The notes: a model not told the origin generated them from the sequence alone. A DNA stretch of 55,391 nt from a virus (IMGVR_UViG_3300036771_000024:1-55391); one strand, 5' to 3'. Positions 39,456-49,294 are shown, numbered from the stretch's first letter. Program-made: numbers and translations.

Positions 39456-40225
39456 AGATTTACGACTCGTTCCTGTTCCGTGACGAGCTGGACCTGCTGG
39501 AATGCCGCATGGTCCAGATGGACACCTGGCCGGTGTGGCAGCACATTCTCGTAGAGGCGAAGGTGGATCACCAGGGGCACCAGAAGCCGCTGGTGTACGC
39601 GGAGAACCGGGAGCGGTTCGCACCGTGGGCTGACCGGATCAGGCACGTCGTCGTGGATTCCCTGCCTGACGCCGAGCCGATGATACGGGAAGCAGCACAA
39701 CGGGACGCGGTATCCCGGGGCCTGACTGACGTTGAGGCGGGTGACTGGCTGATCCTCGCTGACGTGGACGAGATCCCGAACGATGTCGCGCTGGCAGCGG
39801 TGAAGAACCGCGAGGTGGGCGTGTTCGAGATGGTCTGCTGCATGTTCGCGGTCGACTGGCTGTGGGGGCCGCCGCTGAAAACCTCCGTGATCCTGCCGGC
39901 TGGTAACGGCGGGCAGATGTCCGTAGCACGCAGGGACGGGTGGTCCGCCGGGCCGGAGATACCGGGTGCGGGTCACCACCTGACGTGGCTAGGCGGGCAG
40001 GACGGGATCGCCGCGAAGATAAACTCGCACTGCCACACCGAATGTAACGCGGGCCTGGCCACGGGGAACGCCGCGGATGTTCTCTACCAGCATGGCCATA
40101 ACCCGTTCGGGACACGCTTCGGGTACTCGGACCAGATGATCCCGGTAGACGTGGACGAGTCGTGGCCACGCTGGGTGTATGAGAAACGCTGCCCCGGGAA
40201 CTGGTTCCGTCCCAGGGCAGGCTAG
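39452..40225 (+). CDS. GT17-like (beta-1,4-GlcNAc transferase family) glycosyltransferase
   Basis: IYDSFLFRDELDLLECR, REAAQRD, ILADVDEIP, GHHLTWLGG. Confidence 0.8.
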   Translation: MKIYDSFLFRDELDLLECRMVQMDTWPVWQHILVEAKVDHQGHQKPLVYAENRERFAPWADRIRHVVVDSLPDAEPMIREAAQRDAVSRGLTDVEAGDWLILADVDEIPNDVALAAVKNREVGVFEMVCCMFAVDWLWGPPLKTSVILPAGNGGQMSVARRDGWSAGPEIPGAGHHLTWLGGQDGIAAKINSHCHTECNAGLATGNAADVLYQHGHNPFGTRFGYSDQMIPVDVDESWPRWVYEKRCPGNWFRPRAG

Positions 40226-40234
40226 GATGACCGC

Positions 40235-41200
40235 GTGAGATACCTGATAACTGGCGGGGCCGGTTTCATCGGTTCCGCGCTGACACGCCGCCTGTCCCTA
40301 GAAGGCCACGAGACAGTCGTCCTGGATGACATGAGCCGCGGCCGGGATGACCGGCTCAGCGGACTGGAACGCTGCCACATCATCCACGGTGACGTACGCG
40401 AACCCGACATCGTGAACTACGCATCGCTGGGCTGCGAGACCATCCTGCATTTGGCTTACATGCAGGGAACCCAGACTTTCTACTCCGAACCCCGCCAGGT
40501 CCTCGACGTGGCCCTGCGGGGGATCGTGAACGTCCTCGAAGCGTGCCGGGTGAACGCCTGCCGGGAACTGCTCCTGGTGTCCTCATCGGAGGCGTACGAG
40601 ACACCCCCGGTGTGGCCCACCCCCGAGGAAGTGCCGCTGGTCGTGCCTGACCCGCTGAACCCGCGCTACTCCTACGGGGGCGGGAAGATCGCATCGGAGC
40701 TGGCCGCGCTGGCGTGGCAGCGGACCGGGATCCTGGACCGGCTGGTCATCGTCAGGCCCCATAACATTTACGGGCCGGACATGGGCACCCACCATGTGAT
40801 CCCCGAGTTCTGCCAGCGGATGAACGAGCTGACCAGCACCCACCCTGACGGGCCTATCGCGTTTCCCATCCAGGGAAGCGGTCAGGAAACACGGTCGTTC
40901 TGCTGGATCGATGACTGCGTGGACCAGTTCATGCTTCTGCTGGCGAACTCACCGGCCGGTTCTGAGATTTACCACATGGGCACGATGGAGGAGAAAACAG
41001 TCGCTGACGTGGCGTACCGTATCGCTGAGTGTTACGGGCGGAACATTAAACTGGAACCGGGGATCCTCCCGAAGGGTTCCCCGTCGCGCCGCCTCCCTGA
41101 CATCGCGAAGATCACCCGTCTCGGGTACACCGGGCCCCGGGTCGGTTTCGATGAGGGTGTCGCCCGCGCCGCAGCCTGGTACCGTGAGCATCATGGCTGA
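40235..41200 (+). CDS. NAD-dependent NDP-sugar epimerase/dehydratase (extended SDR; UDP-glucuronate decarboxylase-like)
   Basis: ITGGAGFIGS, SSSEAY, RYSYGGGK (YxxxK), RPHNIYGP, TRSFCWIDD. Confidence 0.9.
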   Translation: MRYLITGGAGFIGSALTRRLSLEGHETVVLDDMSRGRDDRLSGLERCHIIHGDVREPDIVNYASLGCETILHLAYMQGTQTFYSEPRQVLDVALRGIVNVLEACRVNACRELLLVSSSEAYETPPVWPTPEEVPLVVPDPLNPRYSYGGGKIASELAALAWQRTGILDRLVIVRPHNIYGPDMGTHHVIPEFCQRMNELTSTHPDGPIAFPIQGSGQETRSFCWIDDCVDQFMLLLANSPAGSEIYHMGTMEEKTVADVAYRIAECYGRNIKLEPGILPKGSPSRRLPDIAKITRLGYTGPRVGFDEGVARAAAWYREHHG

Positions 41201-41438
41201 GACGACGCAGGAACGGCCCCGGCGGATGCACTGGCGCAACCAGGATCTGCTCGACGCGCTGAAAGAAGCAGGAATCATCCGTGATGGTGATTACGTCCGC
41301 AGGGTCGTGATCGACGTGTGCGTGGGCAGCGCAGTCGTGGTCCACGTTGAACGGTACGGGGATGACCGGCTGCTGCGGGTGATCCGCGGGATGACCGGGG
41401 TGGATGTTCACTGTGACACGAGGGCCGAGAATGAGTAG
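41193..41438 (+). CDS. hypothetical protein
   Basis: 81-aa ORF overlapping both neighbours. Confidence 0.55.
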   Translation: MAETTQERPRRMHWRNQDLLDALKEAGIIRDGDYVRRVVIDVCVGSAVVVHVERYGDDRLLRVIRGMTGVDVHCDTRAENE

Positions 41439-42639
41439 GCACCTCGGCACCTATTACCGCCCCGAGGGACCGGTGCTTTCCTGCGGTTCGTGCGGCTCCG
41501 GCGGCCTGGAACATGTCCTCGACCTGGGGATGCAGCCGACCCCCCAGGCTACCGTAGGCAAGAAGAACAGCACGTACCCGCTGAGGCTGGTTAAATGCCC
41601 CAGATGCACCCTCGTCCAGCTCGATTACATCGCACCGCAGGACGAAGTGTTCGGAGTAGACTATCCGTACACCACCGGGAACACCAAAGCTCTCCGTGAC
41701 CATTTCGAGCAGCAGGCCAAAGACGTGGACACCCTGCTGTGGAACGAGGGCTTCACCCTGCGCGGTGCTGTCCCCGGGCCGCTGGTCATCGACATCGGCG
41801 GCAACGACGGGACGATGCTGAAAGCGCTCCGCAACGAGGCCCCCGATGCGCGGCTGATGCTGATCGAGCCGACTGACCAGGCGAAACGCTGCACCGACCA
41901 TTTCATCGAAGTGGTGCAGGAGTATTTCACCGCTGACCTGGCCGAGGACATCCGGGCGCAGCGTGGTGCCGCGCAGGTCATCACCGTGTCGAACGTGTTC
42001 GGGCATATCCCCGACCCGCATGACTTCCTCGACGGCATCCAGATCCTGCTGGCCGAGGATGGCACGTTCCTGATCGATAACCAGGACTGGTACAACGTAT
42101 CCCAGGACCTCCAGATCGACACGATCTATCACGAGCACCTGCGGTTCTACACCCCGGCGTCGCTGGGGCTGCTGCTCGCCCAGCACGGCCTGATGATCAC
42201 GAGCTGGAACCGGATAGGGATGCACGGCGGCTCGTTCCGCGCCCTGGTGGTCAGGGAGAAGCCCGACCTGGAAGTCCGGTCGATGGCGGTGGTCAACAAG
42301 CTGATCGGCCTGCTGTATGAGGCTGAGCGGGCCGGGCCTATCTACGCGGTGACAGCACCCACCCGGGCGACACCGCTGGTGAACTACGCGGGCCTGGGGA
42401 AGTTCCTGACGTGCGCGTGTGAGGTTGCCGGGTCGGAGAAGATCGGCGCGACCATACCGGGCACGGAAGTGCCGATCGTGGACGAGAAGGTGCTGTTCGA
42501 GGAGCAGCCGCCCACCGCCCTGCTCCTGGCGTGGGACCTCGCCAGGGGACTCATCCCCGCTTTGCAGCGCAAAGGGTACAGGGGTGACTTCATCGTCCCC
42601 CTGCCCGAGCCGAGGATCGTCAAAGGGGTGACGGACTGA
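41431..42639 (+). CDS. NDP-hexose C-methyltransferase (TcaB9/EryBIII-like architecture)
   Basis: Zn site CGSC...CPRC, LDLGMQP, YPYTTG, DIGGNDG, NVFGHIPD, DTIYHEHLRFY, HGGSFR. Confidence 0.88.
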   Translation: MSRHLGTYYRPEGPVLSCGSCGSGGLEHVLDLGMQPTPQATVGKKNSTYPLRLVKCPRCTLVQLDYIAPQDEVFGVDYPYTTGNTKALRDHFEQQAKDVDTLLWNEGFTLRGAVPGPLVIDIGGNDGTMLKALRNEAPDARLMLIEPTDQAKRCTDHFIEVVQEYFTADLAEDIRAQRGAAQVITVSNVFGHIPDPHDFLDGIQILLAEDGTFLIDNQDWYNVSQDLQIDTIYHEHLRFYTPASLGLLLAQHGLMITSWNRIGMHGGSFRALVVREKPDLEVRSMAVVNKLIGLLYEAERAGPIYAVTAPTRATPLVNYAGLGKFLTCACEVAGSEKIGATIPGTEVPIVDEKVLFEEQPPTALLLAWDLARGLIPALQRKGYRGDFIVPLPEPRIVKGVTD

Positions 42640-44012
42640 TGCCTGAGCCGATGATCCCGCTGCGGCTGATACCCCCAGCCCACCGACGCAGCGGGGTCAT
42701 CTCGGTGACTGTCCCGTCGCGGGGACGTGAGGCGAAGCTGGCTGACTCCCTGCGGTCGCTGCTTCAGACAGCGCACCGCCCGGATCTCATCGAGATCCTC
42801 GTCGCGTACGACCCGGATGACCCGGACACGAAAAAGGTCGCGGTCCTGATGAACGCCGACGTGATCTGGGAGGCACCCGAACGGTACGGGTACGCCCGGT
42901 CAGGTCACTACTGGGCTGAGCTGCTGAACCGCTCGACCGGCGAGTGGGTGCTGCCCACCTGGTCCGATGATGCGATCATGAAATCCCCGAACTGGGACGA
43001 CATGCTCCGCGCGCAGCCCCCGGGTTCCATCGCCTACCTCGACGGCAACTACCCGGGGCTGACATGTTTCCCGGCGGTCCACGCTGACGCGCTCGGCGCT
43101 ATCGGCAGGCTCGCACCGCTGCCCGCACTGGACACGTGGTTCGAGTATGCGGGACGTGACAGCGGCAACCTCGTGCACCCTGGTATCTACGTCCACCAGG
43201 ACCGCCCCGACCTGACCGGCTGCGAAGCAGACCAGACCCACGCTGAGGGCGGGGGTGCGTGGCGCAGCGGTGCGGGCGGCACGGTCCAGCAGGCGTTCTA
43301 CCAGATGCCGTACGTCGAATGGCGGGCGGAAGACACCATGGCCCTGCGTCATCACCGCCAGATCGAAGAAGAGTACCAGGCCCGGATGGGTGCCTGGTCG
43401 GACATCATAGAGCAGATGCCGCTGATCAGGCAGGCTGCCCGGTCCTACTGGAAACCTGTCATCGGCGAGCTGGGAACCCGCACCGGTGAGTCAACATCGG
43501 CGCTGATCGCCGGGGCTTCCGCTTCTGGCGGCCACGTGTACAGCGTGGACCTGGACATGGGTGACCGGACTGGTGCCCCTAACGGTTTCAATGCCCCGCC
43601 GTGGTGGTGCGAGCAGGCAGGACTGTGGTCCGCGCTGTCCGGTAACGACCTGGGTGACGAGGCGGCAGCGTTCATCCCGGCCGAGCTGGACATCCTGTTC
43701 ATCGACACGTCGCACCTGTACCAGCACACCCTGGATGAGCTGGCCATGTACGTCCCCCGGGTGAAGCCGGGCGGCACGGTCCTGATGCACGACGTGGAGC
43801 TGACCATCGGGGAGATGGTCGCCTACGGTGAACCGGGCGCTAGGGAAGATACCTACAGCCCCGAGTACCCGGTCGCAGCGGCGCTGGACTTCTACTGCTC
43901 CCAGCACGGGCTGACATGGACCCGCCAGACTGAAAGGCCCAGCCCGGTGCCGGGACGCCCGTTCTTCGGGCTCGGCACCATCGTGATCCCCGGGGGAGGT
44001 GATGCCCTGTGA
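42639..44012 (+). CDS. GT-A glycosyltransferase fused to class I SAM methyltransferase (Methyltransf_24-like)
   Basis: N-term SVTVPSRGR...YDPDD...WSDD (paralogous to 38781); C-term ELGTRTGEST, LFIDTSHLY, VKPGGTVLMHD. Confidence 0.8.
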   Translation: MPEPMIPLRLIPPAHRRSGVISVTVPSRGREAKLADSLRSLLQTAHRPDLIEILVAYDPDDPDTKKVAVLMNADVIWEAPERYGYARSGHYWAELLNRSTGEWVLPTWSDDAIMKSPNWDDMLRAQPPGSIAYLDGNYPGLTCFPAVHADALGAIGRLAPLPALDTWFEYAGRDSGNLVHPGIYVHQDRPDLTGCEADQTHAEGGGAWRSGAGGTVQQAFYQMPYVEWRAEDTMALRHHRQIEEEYQARMGAWSDIIEQMPLIRQAARSYWKPVIGELGTRTGESTSALIAGASASGGHVYSVDLDMGDRTGAPNGFNAPPWWCEQAGLWSALSGNDLGDEAAAFIPAELDILFIDTSHLYQHTLDELAMYVPRVKPGGTVLMHDVELTIGEMVAYGEPGAREDTYSPEYPVAAALDFYCSQHGLTWTRQTERPSPVPGRPFFGLGTIVIPGGGDAL

Positions 44013-44078
44013 CGACTGTCGCGCCGTATCCTTCGCCTTATCCAGGGTCTTGTGGCAGGGTGGGTGGGTGAGCAAGAC

Positions 44079-45341
44079 ATGAAACTGAGCCTGGTGAGCT
44101 GCCGGTCCCCGTTTCTCGATGACGACCGGATCTACCCGCCGCTGGGGCTGCTGTACCTGAAAGCCGCGGTGATGGCGCAGGTCCCCGAAGCCAAGGTCGA
44201 CGTGATCGATGACTACGGTGACCCGGGTGAGTTCGCGGACGCTGACGTGATAGGCGTCTCGGTGATGACACCGCAGCGTAAAGAAGCCGACCAGCTGGCC
44301 CGCATGATCAAGGACGCGTGGCCGGACAAGACGCTGATCGCCGGTGGCCCGCACGTTCGGCATTACGGCCGGGACATGTCGGACCGGTGGGATTACCTGG
44401 TCGGCGGGGACGGTGAACGTGTCCTGCCGCAGATCCTGCGGGGCGAACGTGTCCCCCGCACCACGTACGACCAGATCCCACGCGCCGAGCTGGCGGCTAT
44501 GCCGCCACCGGACCGGCTGGGTGAAGCGTCGTTCCTGCGGGGTTACACGTACAAGCTCGCGGGCCTGCCGTCCACGACGATGCTGCTGGGGCGCGGATGC
44601 CCGATGGCATGCAAGTTCTGCGAGGACGCCCGGACGCTGACCCGGTGGACGTCGCTGGAAAACGCCGAGGCGGAACTAGCCGACATCGTTCTGCTGGGCT
44701 ACCGCGGCGTGTACTTGTTCGATGACCTGTTTGCGATTAACCTGGGAAAATGCCAGCCATACCTGAACCTGCTGAAGAAGTCGGGCCTGAAATTCCGGTG
44801 CAACGTCCACGCGAAGTTCATGACGGACGAGTTCGCCGCGGCCCTCTCCTCCGCTGGATGCGTCGAAGTAGCGTTCGGGGCAGAGAGTGGTTCCCAGCAG
44901 ATCCTGGACCGGATCGACAAGAAGACGACTGTGCAGCAGAATTACGACTGCGTGCGGCACTGCAAGAACCACGGGATCACCGTGAAGGCGTTCCTGATGA
45001 TCGGCCTGCCCGGTGAGAACATGGAGACAATCGCCGAGACGGAGCGGTTCATCTGCACGTCCGGTATCGATGACGCGCAGATCGCGATCTACTACCCGTA
45101 CCGGGGTACTGAGCTGCGCCGCGAAATGGACGAGGGCCTCACCACGGACCTGGCGTTCGAGGGTGAGGGGCTAGGTGCGTACGGGCAGAAGAACCTGGGG
45201 ACCGACTCGGTGGTCCGCACCGAGGAACTCACCGCGCATGACCTGGTGCGGATCCGGTCGGACCTGATCGAGACGTACAAGTTCCACTCCCACGTGGGAC
45301 CCCGGGATCATTTCTTCGACACGCACATGGCGGTGTCGTGA
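44079..45341 (+). CDS. cobalamin-binding radical SAM enzyme (class B methyltransferase-like)
   Basis: YPPLGLLYL, IGVSVMT, IAGGPHV, GDGE, RGCPMACKFC (CxxxCxxC), FDDLF, GAESGSQQIL, FLMIGLPGE. Confidence 0.9.
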   Translation: MKLSLVSCRSPFLDDDRIYPPLGLLYLKAAVMAQVPEAKVDVIDDYGDPGEFADADVIGVSVMTPQRKEADQLARMIKDAWPDKTLIAGGPHVRHYGRDMSDRWDYLVGGDGERVLPQILRGERVPRTTYDQIPRAELAAMPPPDRLGEASFLRGYTYKLAGLPSTTMLLGRGCPMACKFCEDARTLTRWTSLENAEAELADIVLLGYRGVYLFDDLFAINLGKCQPYLNLLKKSGLKFRCNVHAKFMTDEFAAALSSAGCVEVAFGAESGSQQILDRIDKKTTVQQNYDCVRHCKNHGITVKAFLMIGLPGENMETIAETERFICTSGIDDAQIAIYYPYRGTELRREMDEGLTTDLAFEGEGLGAYGQKNLGTDSVVRTEELTAHDLVRIRSDLIETYKFHSHVGPRDHFFDTHMAVS

Positions 45342-45958
45342 GCCTCCCCCTGGTCTCGGTGATAACCGCTACGTGGAAGCGGAATGACCTGCTGCTGAGC
45401 CGGTGCATCCCGTCGGTGCAGGCGCAGGGATACCCCGCGGTGGAACACATCGTCATCTCCGACGGGCCGGACAACAGGCTGGCCAGGCGGCTGGCTGAAC
45501 CGCGGCTGGACGGGTGGAAGAACCTGCTGTACAAGGAGGTGGACTGCCACGTCAGCGACGACCATTACGGTCATTACGCGCGGCTACTCGGCCTGGAATA
45601 CGCGTCAGGCGAGTACGTCACCTACTGCGACGACGACGACTCGCTGCGGCCGGACCACTGTTACCGCCTCGCCACGGCACTGGATGAGGATCCTGACGCA
45701 GGGTTCGCCGTGTCGCGTATGGTCGCGCACCACGCCCACCCGGTGACGGTCGGGTGGGGGCCGCTCGCACCCGGCAACGTGGGCTCCCCGATGATCATGC
45801 ACCGCAAGTGGGTGCTGGACCACGGCACGTGGGGACCGGCTTCGTGGAAGGAAGACTGGGAGCTGGTCGAACGGTGGCTGGACGCGGGCGTCAAGTACGT
45901 GAACGTGGACGCTGAGACTTCCGACGTGTGGCCGTCACGGTTCCGGGTTGAGGCGTGA
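45338..45958 (+). CDS. GT2 glycosyltransferase
   Basis: LVSVITATWKR, EHIVISDG, GEYVTYCDDDD, EDWELV. Confidence 0.88.
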   Translation: MSLPLVSVITATWKRNDLLLSRCIPSVQAQGYPAVEHIVISDGPDNRLARRLAEPRLDGWKNLLYKEVDCHVSDDHYGHYARLLGLEYASGEYVTYCDDDDSLRPDHCYRLATALDEDPDAGFAVSRMVAHHAHPVTVGWGPLAPGNVGSPMIMHRKWVLDHGTWGPASWKEDWELVERWLDAGVKYVNVDAETSDVWPSRFRVEA

Positions 45959-46629
45959 AAGCCTTCATCATCTTCCGGGATCGTGTGACATACGCGGCCC
46001 GGTGTGCTGCCGCACTGGCCCGTGCTGGCCTGGAAGTGGTCATCGTGGACCAGGGATCCACGTATCCTCCTGCGCTGGCCTGGCTGGACGTGCTGGAGAT
46101 CCGCGCAGGCACGCAGGTGCTCCGAAAGGGCGGCGGGCACCCGCAGGAACTATGGGGCTGGGACCCCTTCCGGCAGGCATGCGGGACTGAACGGTACGTC
46201 GTGACCGACCCGGACGTGGTACCGGATGACCTGTGCCCGCTGGACTGGCCGGAACGGCTGGAGAAAATCCTGGACGACTCGGACTACTCCAAGATCGGGA
46301 TGGGCCTGCGGATCGATAACATCCCCGAGACGTACCAGCATCACGACCACGTGGTCGAGTGGGAACGGCAGTTCTGGACGCACCCCGTGGGTGACGGCAG
46401 CGTGTTCTCCGCGCAGGTCGACACGACCCTGGCGATGTACAACCCGCTGCCCGACTTCCCCCACTTCACCATCGACGGGCTCCGCACCGGCCCCCCGTAC
46501 GTAGCGGAGCACCTGGCGTGGTATGAGGACCTTGAAAATCTTTCACCGGAGTTGCAGTATTACCATGAGCACGCCGAAGCTGGCATCTCATTCTGGACTC
46601 TGGAGGACCGCAGTGCCTGGAACCAGTGA
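45955..46629 (+). CDS. GT2-like glycosyltransferase
   Basis: VVIVDQGSTYPP, YVVTDPDVVP (DxD), VDTTLAMY. Confidence 0.75.
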   Translation: MKAFIIFRDRVTYAARCAAALARAGLEVVIVDQGSTYPPALAWLDVLEIRAGTQVLRKGGGHPQELWGWDPFRQACGTERYVVTDPDVVPDDLCPLDWPERLEKILDDSDYSKIGMGLRIDNIPETYQHHDHVVEWERQFWTHPVGDGSVFSAQVDTTLAMYNPLPDFPHFTIDGLRTGPPYVAEHLAWYEDLENLSPELQYYHEHAEAGISFWTLEDRSAWNQ

Positions 46630-47173
46630 CCGGACGATCATCTTCCCGTCTATCACCACGGCGGTCACCCCCGCTGAGTCAGCGGAGCTGGCCCGGCTCG
46701 CAACCGGGTGCACAGTCCTGGAACTGGGGTCGTTCTACGGGTACTCCACGATCGTGATGGCGTCGGTCGCTGACATGGTGTACTCAGTCGACTGGCATCA
46801 GGGCGACGACCACGCGGGCCAGTACGACACGTGGGAAGACTTCAACGCGAACCTGCTCGGGTATGGTGTCAAACCGCACGTGCAGGCGGTGAAGGGCCGG
46901 TTCGAGGAGGAAGTGCCCCGGCTGTGGCGTGCGGGTGTCCGCACTGACGGCGCGTTCCTCGACGGCCAGCACGACGAAGCCTCTGTCCGCAGGGACCTGG
47001 AACTGGCACTCATGCTGGTTAAGCCGGGCGGGTGGGTCGCGTTCCACGACTACGGGCGTGGTGAGGAAACAGGACACCACGGGTTCGAGGTCACGAAGGT
47101 AGCGGACGACTTCGGTGTGACCGACGTGGTGGGCTGCCTGGCGTGGGGAACCTACGAGCCGCCCGAAGACTGA
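46613..47173 (+). CDS. class I SAM methyltransferase (Methyltransf_24-like, probable O-MTase)
   Basis: VLELGSFYGYST, AFLDGQHD, VKPGGWVAFHDY; GGAGG-N6-GTG start. Confidence 0.85.
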   Translation: MPGTSDRTIIFPSITTAVTPAESAELARLATGCTVLELGSFYGYSTIVMASVADMVYSVDWHQGDDHAGQYDTWEDFNANLLGYGVKPHVQAVKGRFEEEVPRLWRAGVRTDGAFLDGQHDEASVRRDLELALMLVKPGGWVAFHDYGRGEETGHHGFEVTKVADDFGVTDVVGCLAWGTYEPPED

Positions 47174-47174
47174 C

Positions 47175-47658
47175 ATGCGTCACTGGCTGGGTGTCGACTC
47201 GGGTGAAGGCGTGCCGTACCTGTTCTACTCGGGGCTGTTCGGCGTGATCGTGTTCACGCTCGGTCAGGTCGCGAACGTGTACGCCACGCTGCGGCGGAAC
47301 AACTGCCACCAGCCGAACTGCTGGCGTCTCGGCCGGTTCCCCGTGGAGGGCACCGCGTGGAACTGCTGCCACCGGCACCACCCGGAACCCCCGGTGAAAG
47401 AAACGATCCGCGAGCGGTACCACCTGTATGCGGGAGACAAGATCGGTGATGGCTGATAACGCAGACGGCCTGGCGGATTTCATCATGGGCCTGCCCGAGG
47501 GTGAACGCCACAAAGGGTTTTTCTGGGCGGCGAAGACCGCGGCCGGGAATGACCTGCCGCCAGTCGAGGTGACGAAGATCATCAACGCGGGTATCCGCGC
47601 CGGGCTGGAAGAAGCGTACGTCCACCGGACCGTCACCGAAGCGCAGGAGGAAAAGTGA
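47175..47658 (+). CDS. membrane protein (47175..47456) and small hypothetical protein (47449..47658)
   Basis: YLFYSGLFGVIVFTLG TM segment, CHQPNCW...CCHRHHP; coupled ORFs. Confidence 0.55.
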
Positions 47659-47715
47659 GCCGTTTCATGATCCCGCGGGTAGCTCACTGTTCCACCGGCG
47701 GTTTACAATCTTGAC

Positions 47716-48726
47716 GTGAAGATTTTCGCTGGTCATGATGGCGGGTCCGGGTGCGGCTGGTACCGCATGGAACTCCCCATGGCACAGCTCGCCGCCCACG
47801 GCTACGAGGTGACGCTGGCATCGGCGGATGCGGATAAGACACCGGGTATCACCGCCCGCTCTATGGAGGGTCACGACGTGATCGTGGCGCAGCGGTTCAA
47901 CAAGCCCGGTGGCGTCCACATTTACCGTGAAGCCCGCACCCCGCGGAACCGGCTGGTGTACGAGCTGGACGACGACGTGTTCGCGATCTCACCGGAGAAC
48001 TTCAACGCGTACCACATGTGGCAGCGGCCCGACATCCTGGATGCGGCGACGCACGCGATGGAAGTGTCAGACCTGATAACGTGCAGCACGGAGCCGCTGG
48101 CGGAGGTGCTCCGCGAGTACAACCCCAACGTGGCCGTGCTGCCTAACCACATCCCCGGGTGGGTATGTGACGTGGAACGGAACCGGCGGGTGCGCCCAGC
48201 AGTGGGCTGGGCCGGGGGCGCTTCGCATGGCGCGGACGTTGGCCTGATCTCTGGTCCGGTCCGCCGGTTCCTCAAACGTTTCCCCGGGTGGGACCTGCGC
48301 CTGACCGGGACGGATTACCGTCCCACGTTCAAGGCGGGTGACCGTGCGGTCTTCACCAAGTGGGTGCAGGTCAACGACCACCCGGAGAAGTTCTACAAGT
48401 CTCCCGACTGGGACATCGGGCTGGCCCCCGTGGTGCCGAACCGGTTCAACGCAGCCAAGTCGTGCCTGAAAGCGATGGAGTACGGGGCTCTGGGCATACC
48501 CACGATCGCGTCGGACTACTACCCGTACACCGGTTACATCCGGCACGGCGAGACCGGGTTCCTGGTCAGGCGGGATCACGAGTGGCTCAGCTACATGTCG
48601 GAGCTGGCCTCCGACGACAGCCTGCGGGAGAAAATGGGTGCCGCTGCCCGTGAGCAGGCCCGCCAGTGGACCATCGAGAACGGGTGGGCGAAATGGGCGG
48701 AGACTTACGAGGGGCTGTTCCGGTGA
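47716..48726 (+). CDS. GT-B (GT4-like) glycosyltransferase
   Basis: GCGWYRMELP, VYELDDD, VGWAGGASH, DIGLAP...KSCLKAMEYGALGIPTIASD; TACAAT-N6-GTG leaderless start. Confidence 0.88.
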   Translation: MKIFAGHDGGSGCGWYRMELPMAQLAAHGYEVTLASADADKTPGITARSMEGHDVIVAQRFNKPGGVHIYREARTPRNRLVYELDDDVFAISPENFNAYHMWQRPDILDAATHAMEVSDLITCSTEPLAEVLREYNPNVAVLPNHIPGWVCDVERNRRVRPAVGWAGGASHGADVGLISGPVRRFLKRFPGWDLRLTGTDYRPTFKAGDRAVFTKWVQVNDHPEKFYKSPDWDIGLAPVVPNRFNAAKSCLKAMEYGALGIPTIASDYYPYTGYIRHGETGFLVRRDHEWLSYMSELASDDSLREKMGAAAREQARQWTIENGWAKWAETYEGLFR

Positions 48727-48850
48727 TCTGCCACCCGTGCAAAATGGATTTCCACGATTCCTGTGATAACACGCAGCCGTCCCACGGTGGCGGCAACTGG
48801 TGCGACTGTCAGCATGAGGACCGGGTCTGGCCGGAGGAAGAGGAACACTG

Positions 48851-49294
48851 ATGACAAACGTTCAGATGCTGGTGCACATCACCGGCGGGCGCGCTGACGG
48901 CAGCGTGTGGCCAGCGGTGGGTCACGAGAAGCCGCTGAAGGTCAGCAAGGCTGAGGCGCAGGACCTGTACACCGCGCAGCTCGCCCGCCCCTGGCCGGGT
49001 GGTGACGAAGAGGAGCAGACCGCTGAGGCCGCTGCGACCGCGCAGACCGAGGCGCTCGTAGAGGCAGCAGTACCACCGGTGCAGTGGCCCCCCGATGAGC
49101 CGACCAGGATGGGTGCGCAGGCTGAGCCGGTAGCGGAGGCTGACGAGCCCGAGGCGCAGGATGCTGACGCACCCAAGCCGGCCGCACCCAAGGCTGACTG
49201 GGTGGAATGGGCGGTGTCGCAGGGTGCTGACGAGGAAGAGGCTAACGCTTCCACGAAACAGCAGCTGATGGAACAGTACGGGGCGCGCCCGTGA
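48851..49294 (+). CDS. Ala/Glu/Pro-rich protein with small C-terminal helical domain
   Basis: KADWVEWAVSQGADEEEANASTKQQLMEQYG. Confidence 0.6.
   Translation: MTNVQMLVHITGGRADGSVWPAVGHEKPLKVSKAEAQDLYTAQLARPWPGGDEEEQTAEAAATAQTEALVEAAVPPVQWPPDEPTRMGAQAEPVAEADEPEAQDADAPKPAAPKADWVEWAVSQGADEEEANASTKQQLMEQYGARP

Noticed and set aside
44012-44078. Cobalamin riboswitch upstream of the B12 radical SAM gene
   Set aside because: Gap is under 70 nt and lacks B12-box motifs
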